Assembly: GCA_965655095.1 (NCBI GenBank)
Contig: OZ296652.1
Span: forward strand, 53,382,001-53,446,000
Origin: Haplodiscus bocki
Lineage: Eukaryota
Direction: 5' to 3'
DNA: 64,000 bases
In this document: positions 51,372-64,000 of the stretch, piece after piece
How positions within the stretch are numbered: position 1 is the stretch's first letter
How the letters are laid out: each line of letters begins with the position of its first letter
Translations under genes and position numbers: made by a program
The notes under the pieces: model-generated
Database searches by the model: none
Seen by the model: only the letters and a program-made list of their open reading frames with translations
Told to the model about the DNA's origin: nothing

Positions 51372-53073
51372 GTTAGGTACATTTATAAATTCAAATCATG
51401 TATGAGAGTTTCATCAATAACTGAATTAATATTGCTCACTCTTTCTCTGCTGCAATTAGCTTCGATTGCTATGAGATCTTTGAGCAGTTATAGGTTCGTT
51501 CAATCAGTTTCTACTTTTTCTCTTTCCCTTCAAATCATCTTCCTTTCCTCAATTGAACCTTCAGTGTGTTGATTTTGTTTTCACACCGTGTATGATTTTA
51601 ACTTCACCTAGAAAGATCAATGTCATACAATTTCTTGGTGATATTTCGCAATCTCTACCTTTTCAGTGTTTATTTTGCCAACATAGAAACAAAACGTTCA
51701 CCTTATCCTAAAGAGCATGCTGTTGATCCTGTTGAACATGATGCTATTGACCTAAGAATTTTTGCGTTCAACTATTTTTACTTTTTACTGTACGAGAGTT
51801 ATTCGAAACGAGGTTTTGAAGTTGGTGAAATGCGTATACTTATCTAAAATTACCGAAGTTCCAGAAACTAGCTAAATTTTACAATTGCAGTTTAAAATCC
51901 TTGTTTTAACTGTAATGAATTTTTGAGTTGTTAAAACTTTTGTCGTTTATACATTATTTTGAGTGTGATTGATTCGACGTAACGCTTATATAATTTCGAA
52001 TTTTTCAAAATCTTCGACGAAAATTTTCATCTGAATTAAGTTAATGAAATTTTGTTACTGTTTGGTTTTTCCCTCTACTCATTTTAATGATTCTCAATTA
52101 TTATTAGTATTGTGTTTTTTACACATTCTGACTGAAAGGCAGAATTTGTATTAAAACCGGCTTATACTTAGTTTTTATCTTGTCCAAAACTTGCATTTTT
52201 GACGTCATTAGAGAGTCTAGACATCCAGTGTAAATGGTCAAAAACGGCCTCTTTTGGCAGGTACTATTTCATTTTTACGGTATTCACTGTGCAAACTTCT
52301 TAAACATTGGGCAGCGAAGTGGCTTAACCTGGAAAAACATGATTGGAATTTAAGTTTTTTTGAATTCGAGACTGTGAAAGATTTTTATTTGTTTCACTTT
52401 GACTTTTTCGAACAGAACAAACTCTTGATTGACAGCTGCTGTAGTGTTTCTAAAAATGTCAATCACATCCCCGATCATGGTTTCGAATGTCTTTCGGGAT
52501 GTTTGATCTCAACTAACAAGTCAAAATGTGTTGCGAAGCTTCGCTTCGCCCCTGTGTCTTTAATGATTTTTTTGAATGATTTCATTTTCATTCAGCTTCC
52601 GAAAACTGTGCCTTTAGTTAGTTATATCCTTTTAACCTAAGGTGTTAAATGATGTACTATATCATTTTATAGCATAATTCCTATTGTATCATTATCTTTT
52701 ATTTTAGTATGAAATGATACTGATAAAATTGTAGAGCCTCATTTAAAAAGCCAATTAGCCTGAATAATGGTGAGATCAGGGGTTCAGCAATTCTGCCGGA
52801 AGTTGCTTTAAGTGAGAAAAAGGTAGATTTTTTATCGAAAAGGCAATGAAACCATATGTAATATTTGAAAATTTGTAGAGGAAGTAGAGCACACGTGACA
52901 ATTATTTCAATAAACTAAGGATTTCTCATTTTATGCAAGTTTAAAAACAAATAGCATATTGTATCATTTTATTTTCAAGAGCGTATCATTTAACGACTTA
53001 GCTTGTAACAATACACGCTCAAGGAGGAAAGCGTAACTAGAGCTGTGTTGATTATGTTTTGATGCCCATTTAG

Positions 53074-53173
53074 ATTGAAGGAGAGTGAAGAGAAAGTGAA
53101 ACAGTTGCAAGATGATCTGGACAAAGCAATCAGAAGCAAAGAACAGCTTTACCATCAACTGGATGAACTACAG
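53074..53173 (+). CDS. BICDR-like, exon 9
   Basis: Phase-2 acceptor; LDKAIRSKEQLYHQLDELQ resembles the BICDL C-terminal coiled coil. Confidence 0.85.
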
Positions 53174-55297
53174 GTTACCTTCTGCGATCACTCATGCTTT
53201 TACGAATTAGCGAAGTACCTTATACCACTCACCTTAGTCACCAACTTTCTACTTTTTGACACGTGCTTGTTTTTGGTTGTCTCGTTGCACCTGTTGATTT
53301 TAAACTTTTCAGTATTCTTAAGTTCGCAGTGTCATGTGGCCATGAATCACTGCACCATTTCAAACACATTCACTGACTAGTACTATGGGTCACTAGTGCC
53401 ATACATTTATTTTTTGAAAAAAAATTACCTTATAAGTCGAGCATACATGCCTAGTTGTAAGTGTCCAACTCAGTTCATCAAAACTAATTATCCTCGTCCT
53501 CTACAAATTTTGAAGTTTTGAATATATTCTATTCATAATCTATTTTCTGCTCGCGCAGGGGAGACTTATCCGATTCGAAAAGTGAGCTGAACATCTTCTT
53601 GGACTATTAGATTCAAAGTTTCATCCTCCAATTTTTCTCTAGAACATATCTTTCTTTTTAAGGCTTTTGTGTAATTAGTTTCGTCATCGGTCGTTAATGG
53701 ACAGCAAAATCTTTGCAAGGAAATTGTTGCATTTGTAATGTTGAATTTCTGTTTAACGTACCGTCGTGTCCATCTGTATAGCGAGCACTCTAATGAAAAA
53801 AATGGGCTGAGAAATTCATTTTATCCTCTCCGACAAGAAAGAGATTGCGTCAGTACTGTACTTACGTTAGCACTTCGATAGTCAAACCTTTCATGTTTAA
53901 ATGAACAAGCAATAAATGAAATGGCGACATGTCTTAAAATCAGTAAAATAATTATAGTTCAACTTTTTGAGGGTTTTTCACGCTGAATTTCGTTAATTTC
54001 ACGCCGTGACATGTCTGTCGAGGCGAAAATACACGCTAATTTCACGGCGTGATTTTAGAGTATGCCTGCATGGCATGTCTAGTGTCTGTGACTAGATCAA
54101 ATGTGATGACGTCACTTTGTAGTTCAAATTAATTAATGAGAATTTTCAGTGGCGAAATTTGTTTTCCTGTAGATTAGAAGAATTTAGTACCATGACGTTT
54201 GGGTGACATGGTTATAATTTCTTTAGAAAAAGCAATATTTCACATATTCTCAACTTATTTAGGTTATTATTATAAATTATTGGTGCAAGAAATTTGGTTC
54301 GTTTATAACATGTTGAGAGATATCTTTAATGAGTATATGAATATCTAATATCCATGTGATCATGAATGTAAGATTTGTATGGAGGCATTTTTTTGTTTCA
54401 GAGAAAGGTAACTATTCCATCAAAAGTTTTGCTTTTTAATCATGTGGAAACTTTCTCACTGGGCTTCTTAACTTCGATATTTGTTGAATTTCAAAATAAT
54501 CAGTTGTTCTCCGTCTCTATTTTTATTTACTAAAAGTCTTGTTTGTGACTAGTGATGGGAGTCTTGCATCCGAGTTTTAATTTTTAGGTGTCGGGAATTA
54601 CTGAGCTGCGCTAGTGATATTAAGTTATCTGGACCAAATGTATCACAATTTGATTTCAAAAATGTTGATTTCCGGAACAATACGTATGCACATTTTTATC
54701 ATTAGAATTCTGTTTACAATTACATGTAGGTTTATGGTTAATAATGAATTAATGATGAGAAAAAGTTGTATCTACCCAGGATCTACAACAGACTGAAGCT
54801 GTTTTAAGCAGACCCTTCAACACATAACGAAGAAAAGAATTTTTCAAGTGTTCAAGTAATCCACATGGCAGAGTGTGTTTGAATAATACAAAAATTTTGG
54901 ACGAAAATTGGGGGAGCCAATTGGTTCCATCTGAGCCTAGATATTGCAACAGTGAAACGAGACATCTGACCGTCGAAAAACAGAAAATAATTCTATTTAA
55001 AAAACAATGTCAGAGATCCCGATTCGTGAGAATTTTCAAAGCAGTTGGTCGAGAACCCAATTTGAAAGCTTTTGCTCCGTCTGAAAATATCAGACCAAAG
55101 CAAAAAGATGGAAAAGATTGAAGGCCTCACCATTCTAAGGAATACCCCTGAAGAAAACTTAACCAATCAAGAACTTTAGCAATTGTATTACTCGATAAGC
55201 ATCTGTGCTGAGGAAAAGGTTGAGTGAATGCCCTTATTTATTCCTTTAAATCTCATTGGTTTTTCAAACCTGGTGCTTAATTTTGACTTTTTTGCAG

Positions 55298-55825
55298 TGT
55301 GGCGATTTGTCTACTTATACTTCACAAACTAAACAGTCAAAAAACACAAGAAGTCCTCCGGTCAGCTCCATTCCGTCCCCTAACTCTGGAAAATTCACGC
55401 GTTACACCGGAAGACCTCAGCAGCCAAACTCACGAAATTCAAGCGAAACCAACAATCCACAACAGACTTTCAACTCTCATAGAGTAGTGTCTCCTCGGAA
55501 ACCCCAAACTGCAGCAAACAGCAGCAACAACAGAAAACCGGAGATGATAAAGTCTCCTAATTTGTCCTCGTCATCATCTGGTGTCAGAAACAGTGGGTCA
55601 ACGTCCGATTTCATTGAAACCGACTACCAAAGTGGGTGTAGTAGTATTGCCAATTCACCCATGTCATCTCTGCCTGCTCCTCTGGTCTCCAGAAGTGTCA
55701 AACTTCCCTCCTCCCATTCTTCCTTTTCCTCCCATGACAAATCGCAAAATGTGCAATATGTGCTTTTGGGGGACGCAAATCAGACTGCTAAGTCTGTTTC
55801 GAGGCGATTCTCCTTTTGGCGTTAG
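55298..55825 (+). CDS. BICDR-like, exon 10 (terminal)
   Basis: TTTTTTGCAG| acceptor; Ser/Pro/Asn-rich; ends RRFSFWR*, like the BICDL FSFFR-type terminus. Confidence 0.85.
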   Translation, partial: CGDLSTYTSQTKQSKNTRSPPVSSIPSPNSGKFTRYTGRPQQPNSRNSSETNNPQQTFNSHRVVSPRKPQTAANSSNNRKPEMIKSPNLSSSSSGVRNSGSTSDFIETDYQSGCSSIANSPMSSLPAPLVSRSVKLPSSHSSFSSHDKSQNVQYVLLGDANQTAKSVSRRFSFWR

Positions 55826-58399
55826 ATTTAAAATTTTTCTGCGTCCACCTATGAAGATTGCCAATCTCGTCAAGTAATTCATCGCCCGATATAACATTCA
55901 GCAAATTATTTTACGAAAAGCTTTAGAACGCCGGCAGCACTGCTTCATTCCATGCTTTTGTACCTTTAGTTGGTTTACCATATCAAAAATCAGGCCTTCG
56001 TAATAACTTGTGATTATCATGGCCCCTTTCTGTACCGTAATTCCTTCCCGCCTTCCCTCCCACTTTTGTATGCATTTCTGTTTATTCCTTATTCCTTTAT
56101 TTCCATGTCTCTTCAGTATTTTGCCAAATCTTAACGATTGAGGTCCACCACTGTGCTATTGAAGATGGTCTCTCGTGGTGTGCGGTCTCAAATTTATTAA
56201 TAATATGTACTACTTGAAGGGATCCGAAAATCATCCATTTGAATCATTGTTTGAACATAATTAGTTCATCAAAACAACTTGACCTAAATTCGATTGTATT
56301 TTTGTTATGCATGTTCATAAAAATGTTGTAGTGGATGAAAGCTGTTTTTGGGAACTAAAAGGGCCTGATTCGTTCAACCAATGCTTTGGAGCTAATAATT
56401 TTTGTAAGCAGATAATGAAGTAGCCTTTGATAATTGACATATCTGCAATGCAGGCAGCTATCTATTTAAGAAATTTTGTTTAACGAAACGTCTTTGTCAT
56501 GTAAAGGACTGCCAAAATGGGTAGAAATACTTTTTTCTGGATTTTTAAAATTATCTTGTAACGAATTATTTTTATAATTTTGCAATAGTTTCAAGTGCTA
56601 ATATACGAATTTGAAAAGTTTTTACCAAATTTTTTTTGCCATCATAGATAAATTTCAATGTAGACATAATTCAATGAAATCGGCGGTGTGTAAAGCGGTT
56701 CATTATTTAGAGTTGATACTTCTACCGTGTTTCTCCTTGTATAAAACACGTCTTCATTTCACCCTATATGCTAAATTACGTCTTACAACCGGGGACTCGT
56801 TACATTGGGGAAGCGCTTTATATTAGCTAACAAAACAAATTTGGGAGGAAACAAGTTTTCATCAGCCAAAAAATGTAATCATGATTTCATCAACTTCCAA
56901 AACATGTCATTCTGAATAATCTTGGCCGGGAGGCGCTTTTTGTGCCCCTCAATTTCCACCATATGTTGTATTTTTGATCATGTAATGTTTCATCAATTTT
57001 CCGCGATTTTAGCTGATGAATGTTTGACCCAGGAGACAGTTTCGGCAACATCAGGCTTTATAAAGTTAACGCGGCAAATGAAAACATGTATTTCCCACTT
57101 TCAGTATCAAAAAATATAAAGATTTTTCATGCTTTTTCTATCATTAAATCAAACCACCCATTGAGAGACATCCGATGCATCATCTACTGAGCACAATCAA
57201 TACATGGTATTACATTATTCAGTATTCGAAATTGAAAAAAAATCTAAAATAGGTTTTCCTGGAAATTTCCTCTTCTGTTATATTGGTCCTACAATTTTCA
57301 AACGAACGTAGTAGTCTATGGTAAATTTCTAGAAACTTTTGCTGCAGGGACTTTTTTCTAAATTGATTAATTTTTGAATTTCGAGTGCTCAGAATTGACC
57401 CGAAATGAACACTTTCGGTAACGTCTCTTAGCTCCGAATTTGTCTTATGTACGAATTTCTATTATTCAATTGTTACTACCAGCACAAGGTATGTATCCTC
57501 AAACATAGCGGGCAGGAGGATTATGTGGAAGTTCGGAAGACACACACCGATTACAATGATGACCAGTTGCGTTTACTGTTCGCCTGTTTTTACTCGGCGC
57601 TTCTAACAAACACTTGGTGACTTTTTTCTCCAGACCACAGACTCACATTGAAAGGTCCACTTTTCGAACAGAGCCAGCAAAATTATTTTATAGCAAATCA
57701 TATCTGCGTACCTTAGTGGGTAAGACAAAGAGATTCCGATTCTACAGCTTGTGGGTACTAGTCCCATTAGAGGTTATATTTTTTACAATTTATGCGAAAA
57801 ATTAAAAACTTAACCATTATCGAAAAAAATTTGGACCTTTGGTCCAAAAATTCTTCCTGATTGCCCCCTTATGAAATCTACCGAATCCTAGCATAAGCTG
57901 TTTTCTTGCCTTTTATACCAAAATGTAGCAAAGTACATTTTGTTCAAACATCAAAAACAACGTCTTCCTATGAGTATTTTGAGCCGATTTGGCCGATTCC
58001 AGCTTGTTACATTGTTTCATTCTCTGTGATGAAAAATTTTAAATTGCTTAATTCATTAGAAAAAAACAAGATATTTCTCCAAATTTTCTCTCAACTATCA
58101 TGATGCAAAATTATTGTTTGTGTATTTACCCTCTAAATGAGAGTAATCCCGGAAATATTTAGTTTTGAAGTTATGAATAGTCACCGCTTACTCGCATTTC
58201 TTTGTGAATGTTTGCAAAATTTTTGCGTTTTGTTTCTTGCTAATTTTTTCTAATTTCATCTTTTTATCTGAATTTCATTCTAATTTCATTAAATTTTTCA
58301 TTGTGGGAGTTGGTTTCTCTGAATTGCTCATTTTGTTAGAACAAAATGAATACTGATTCCTAACCTCGAAGTCACTTTTTTGCTAATCATCAAAGAGTC

Positions 58400-59749
58400 A
58401 GGGCTGAATGGATAACACGTGATTCATTACAAAGATTCAGTTATAGGTTCTTGAAATCATTTCGCGGTTCTTCTCAGCTAGTTCGATTGCTATGACTTTT
58501 TCACAACTTGAAAACTTATCATCCACAAGGTTATCCATTTTTAAGAACAAACGTTTTCAAAGAATGACAAAATTAAATGTTAACACTTGTTTATACTTGG
58601 CACTGGGCTCTTCTGGAGTCCTTGTTGAAAAAAAAAGACTTTTTATATATCATTGATGTTTCATCTAGTTTGAATGGGTGATTTTGATAATCTACACGAC
58701 GGCAATCAAGGTTGTGAATTCTGATGCAACTTTACCCGGCAAAAAAATCATAGACGATGGGCTATCGCATCTCACTAAAAGACTTTTAATGAGTGTGGGA
58801 AATCGATGGCCGTGGTGGCTAGCAAGTGCCGCGTTACTTTTGAGAACATTTAATTGAATCTTGGTTAGAAGCCCAACAATACCTTTTGGAGTACAGGATC
58901 TTCCTGAATGGGCTCCTATGAAAGCTGATAGTGTAATCTCTACTCATTGCACCACCCAACAGGTGTTACTTTGACCGCTTTGTTGAGAAATTTATTGTCA
59001 TATGGCTTTTTCTACGGTCACGGGCTTTCATGGTCCGCCTCGGGCGGTTCCTGCCCTCGTTTGAGGACAAGAATTCCCTAGGGCCTAGAATAACCATAGG
59101 GTAATATATGCAGGGATCCTAAAACATGTGTTCTAAGGTATTGAGTATTTACTAATTTTGAAGCCGAAAAATATAATAAATAGGAGACTGGCCCTTTGTC
59201 AGAAACTTCTGCCTCACTTCCTACGAGGTAACCCTTACTTCTTTAACTGTTCTACCTGGGTATCATTTCTTAGGTTTGCAGGCCAATCATCAACTGAAGG
59301 CCAATGAATTTTTAACGTATGACTTCCAGATATATTACAATTTAATGGCAATTTTTTTATCCCTGCCTATTTGGCTGATTCTCTTGATGCTCAACGAGAC
59401 GTTACGGCAGGACTCTAGTCTACCACACTATTTTTTTAAATCGGTTTTTTGCAAAACAGCCTTGAAAACCCAGCTATTTTTGGCTCTGTCGTTGTTTTCG
59501 TATGTGATGTCTCACATTGGAATTGCAGTGCCCTCAAAAACCCATCATTATGTGTATGTAACACGAAAACTTCATTCTATCACATACTATGTTGTTCAAT
59601 TTTCGATACGTTTTCTGCAAAAGAAACTTGGAATTGGAGTGATTCTTAGGCTTTTTTTTATATGCGAGGTCTTCTATTTTCATGCCTGGGTTGTCAAATC
59701 TCCTATTATTTCCATTGATGTAAGAAGGAGATTCCATTATTTGACATAA
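58400..59749 (+). pseudogene. Probable SLC35E/triose-phosphate-transporter-family pseudogene
   Basis: Hydrophobic frames with stops; GILKHVF before a GT donor (~59138) resembles LQNVFSK; after an AG acceptor (59273) DFQIYYNLMAIFLSLP and further TM segments follow. Confidence 0.35.
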
Positions 59750-62479
59750 AAATTTCAGCTGTGGTGCGGAATTGTCTCTAGGGATTTTTCTTGAAATGTG
59801 TTTGAAAGACGATCTCTTTCAAGGTACTATGCTATAATGGAAGTGCTATACGTAAGCACATCGGCTTTAGTTTCAGCTATATTTGCTGAACCGTAATGTA
59901 AACATCACAATAATTGATATGGTATTATAGATGCGGTCAGGAATTTGCTAGGTTTTTGCGTGATGTATAAAAGAAAATTTTGTATTTTTACACTTTGTGA
60001 CTGAAAGGAAGAATGTGTATTGGAAACCGGCTGATGCATAGTTGTTTTATGCTGCCCTAAGTTTGCATTTTGTGACGTCATCTGAGAGTCTTCGTTTTTT
60101 TTTCCAACAACCTTTTGACAGACATCTGGTGTAGTAATTCTGAATGTGTCAAGCATGTATCCGGCCAGGGTTCAAGTGTCTCTGAGAACCTTTGATTTGT
60201 AAACTTTATCGTTGATCTCAACTGAGAAGTTAGAATGTGTGGTGAAGTTCCTCTTCGCTTCTGTTTCTATTTTCGAAAGTTGCTTTAATTAATATGCTAA
60301 GTTAGCGCCTGAGTGCTCGAAGGTCCCGGTACTATCTAGCACTGAGTTGCTTCTAAAAATTTGGTGTCTTCAATTTTTCCGGTGTTTTTCCCGAAGCAAA
60401 GCATGAAAAACTGATTACTTTTCGGAATTTCTTTCAAAACAGTTCTCTCTGGAGACTTGTTTTTTGATTTCGCTGGAAAGTTGAAACTTGGGTTATAACG
60501 GCACGAAAAGGCAATCGGTTTTCCATACTGAAAGTTTGTGCTGTGCCAAGTTTTTTTTGCGTTAGGCATCGAACGGGCGTATGTTTGGAAAATAATTTCG
60601 ATGGTTTTTCGAAAATCTCATTCCCTCGCCCTTTTTCTTCTTAATGCCTGAAAACGGCGGAAAAATTTACTGGGTCTCGTTGTAAAAATCGATTGTTCCT
60701 CTGAAATATCTTGAATCGTTTTTTCAACGAAAATTTCAAAGGTGATTCCAAAGGAAATTTAAAATTTCTCAGCACTTCGGAGAATTTTAAGTTTTCGAAA
60801 TACTTAGTGTTACTAGGTTTTTGTTTTTTCACGCTGTTTCGTACGACATTTTGCGACTTCGACCGTAATGAGGATTTTCATGCGACATTTCAAATTTTTT
60901 TTTCAAAACGCATCAAAAGCTGCCTGGGAGTACTTGAGGGACCATACGGACCATCAAAGTAGCGGCGAGAGCGCGTAAATCAAAAATATGATTTTTTATC
61001 TTTTTCCCTAGTCAATAAAATTGTAAACTTCGGGACATTTTGAAGTCATTTATCCCAATTCGAGGCAAAATGGAATGAGGATTTAGGGGGACCCTATGGC
61101 TATCACAAAATTTTTCCGAATTTCTGTCCGCCTTGGGCGGCTATGTTTTGATATCGAAGCCTCGGGTATTCGATATTTGAGCGACATGCCTCAAACTTTG
61201 TTTCCAGACATGTATTCCTTATTTGTAAAAATCAACCTTGTAAAACTTGAGTCAGGTGGGTCAGCTCTGCTTACTACAGCTACGTTGCTTAGTTGCCTGA
61301 ATACAATACTTGTATAAAGCAGACGTAACTCTGATTAACCGCCGGTCGGGTGTCCGCACTGAGTCGACATTGTAAAGTTGTTAAAATCATGCTTTCTTAA
61401 CGCGACTGGATTATCTGCCATGAATGTCAACAATGTGAAGACCTTAAGTTTAAAAATTCAGCACTCGATTTTCTGCCATAAATTTGCATAGTTCTAAAGT
61501 GGTCAAATATAGCACTCTCGATTAATCGCTTTAAACGTGTCACATACTTTTTTCCGAAATTTTATCGTATTTATTACCAATAATCATTTTTTGGGGAATG
61601 GGATTTTGTGAATGTTACCATGAGCTGAAATTTTTGCAATAAGCAAGGGGGTAGCACGAAAAACTTCGTTTTGTGAAGTAATGCCAAAATTTCGGGTTTG
61701 TTTTTGGATGATCTTTATGCAAGGGGTTCTCACGGATGTTTTGGGTCTATAGTTTGTTTGAGACTTTCAATATGTGGGAATAGGGTGGTGCGAAATTTTT
61801 GTTACCAGATAGTTTTTGGTACAATTCAGTCTGTTTTCATTTTTGAGAGCTTTGGAGTGGGACTTCCATTTTTTCTGCGATGTTTTTGCTTCAACTAGCG
61901 AACTTTTTTAATCTAAGCTACCGCGGACTTCTTTTTGGTGCATTTCGTAGTCGTTTCCTTTTGGCTGTTGCTGAGTACTTTAGTGCACTTTGTTGTAGCA
62001 GGTAATTTGTTCACGCTTTCCGAAATGTCAATATATAATTGTCTTTGTGCAGTTTTATCCTTTCAATTTCTGAAGATGGCTCGCTTTTTTTTACTGTGAC
62101 TATGGTATTTTCTCAGCAATTTTTCTGAAGTTTCATCCATAGTATATGAAGGCTGTTTTGCAGACATTTCAATTTTCAGACAAAAAAAGATAATTTTTAA
62201 TTTTCTCGCTTCGATATTAGAGCCCCACCAAGGGCCTTTTTCTTTGAACTCAATCAAATCTGTTTGTTTTGCGTTCAGTGCAAGTTTTAGTTTTTTGTCT
62301 TCCAGCCCATCGCTTCAGCTACAAAGCAACATATAACGGTACAGTTTTGGAAATTTGGCGAAAAATGCCATTTTGGTGCTCTCATTATGCGAAAATAGCC
62401 AATCATAATTTATTGAGATTTTCGGTTTCGGCATCAAATTCCGATTTGTCTTAAAATGGATTAGAATTAAATGCGGAAT

Positions 62480-62720
62480 GAAGTTTCTAAGTAATTATCC
62501 TCACATGTGCCGCTGTACAGAGCATAAAATAGCCTAACGACCATCAGATTGGCTGTAGATTCAGAACCCCTTTTTCTAGTAAACAATCTGTCGGCAAGAT
62601 TCCAACAAGTAGCGCAATCGCACTGCGATTTTTTCCATCAAAGAGGTGTGGAAATGAATGATCGTACATATAACAGTGATTTTCGATTGAGACCTCGTCC
62701 GAAAAATTCAGGCATTCGTC
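62480..62720 (+). mobile_element. Possible hAT dimerisation-domain relic
   Basis: KIPTSSAIALRFF resembles IPxSSAxxERxFS; no TIR found. Confidence 0.3.
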
Positions 62721-64000
62721 CGAAAAGTTTTTTGTTTGATTTGTAATTTTCTGCTGCAATTTTTTAATGATAAAAATGTATTGTACTTGCACAAGCAGTG
62801 TTATGTGGCAGAAGAGCTTTAGAAAATTATGAACTTGAATATCGACACAACACTAGAACTTCTCGGCCTATCATGATAATTCTATTGAATTTGCAAAAGT
62901 CAAGGAATTTCAAATGGAAGAACCTTCTACTGATGAAAAGCAATCAATTATTACCCTGATGGAAGAAGTGAAGCCAATAGTTAAGGAGAAATGAGAAGTT
63001 GAATCGAGCGATATGTCAAAATTAACACTAATCTGGCATTTCTGAACCAGGATGCCGACGCAAAGATCAATATTCATCATTTTTCCATTGAATGATCCTC
63101 CAAGTATAGAGGTGTTGCTTGAGCCCTTGATGGAAGAATTCAAGCCCGTAGTTACGGAGAAACTTGATTTCGAAAACCTAGGTGCAAATAATGATATTTT
63201 CTTGGCATTTTCGGCCGGTCACGAATCCGAAGGGGCTTTCCAAAAAAAATAAAAAAAATAGTGTCATCTTTTAGATGAAACCTCGGTGCTTCACGGATTT
63301 GACCAAAATCTACGTTTTTGACAAGTATTCAAATTAGATCAAGTTTAATGTCTTCCGGAGAAAATTTATCAAGAAATATGTGACTGCAACCAGAACATTG
63401 TGTGTGATACACTGGAGTGTCTTTGTTATTGCAATGCCAAATCGGCCTAAATTTGAGTCCATGATTGCAGGATATACAAACTAAAAACATTTACAACTTT
63501 TCAAATGGAGACTAAATCCCTATCTGGAAGTTTGTTTCAATAAAGTTATAATGAAGAAGTTTGCCGCAAAAGTAATAGGTAAATAAATGGAGCCTCCTTG
63601 TTACAGTACTTGGGAATTTGGTAGTTTTCAGACGTAACTGTCCCAAGACAGGGAAATATGACAACTTTCATATTATCAAAAAACTGGACCTCAACCAGAA
63701 CTTAACAGCTAAAAACTAGGGAGCCTCCCTGTTTTGCTAACGGACAATCTGCACATTTCAGGCCTATCTTTTGAAACATCGCACCAAAATTGACAAAAAA
63801 ATCAAAACAGCTGAAATTAGCTTTTTTTTCAATTTTCCTTCGTTAAAAAACTTAATCAAAAAAATTCTTCATGTGACTGCAGCAGAACTGTAACAGATAA
63901 TCGACCAACCTCTTTCATAAGCCCTGTTTGAAAATGGTTTCGTTCGGGAAATGTTTCCAGTAATGGAAACTTCAAATTGAACACAGAATTCATAAACTCA

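Noticed and set aside
53975-54060. Short AATTTCACG(C/G)CGTGA palindromic repeats
   Set aside because: No element boundaries or TSD could be defined.
59035-59047. Third copy of the CCGCC..GGCGG hairpin
   Set aside because: Flanks do not match the repeat family; probably coincidental within the transporter-like relic.
1-64000. Assigning a host species
   Set aside because: The mobile families recall acoel genomes from memory, but only an animal origin (BICDR-like gene, GT-AG introns) is supported by the sequence.

Overview
AT-rich, repeat-dense eukaryotic (animal) genomic DNA with two assembly gaps. It holds two intact-looking spliced host genes on +: a divergent ELO/ELOVL fatty-acid elongase (9351-10537, 2 exons) and a 10-exon BICD-related (BICDR/BICDL-like) dynein adaptor (41811-55825, 809 aa predicted). 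A probable SLC35E/TPT-like pseudogene lies at ~58.4-59.75 kb. The rest is mostly mobile DNA: (i) the decayed right part of a Maverick/Polinton (1-7127) with ATPase, integrase, minor and major capsid, core protein, protease and an intact ACTACT terminus; (ii) LTR relics and a solo LTR whose 3' part encodes a Gag-like ORF; (iii) a (TCTA)n tract; (iv) an EnSpm/CACTA-type transposase relic beside a heavily eroded block with D5/SF3-helicase-like and family-B polymerase-like motifs, possibly a fossil large DNA virus; (v) four LINEs, including a young CR1-like copy nested in an older LINE with a 37-bp target duplication and an in-frame ORF1-TGA CTA-ORF2 junction suggesting programmed stop-codon readthrough; (vi) a hAT element inside a second Maverick polB relic in BICDR intron 1. 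No rRNA, tRNA or CRISPR array was recognised. All family calls come from motifs read by eye, not from database searches.
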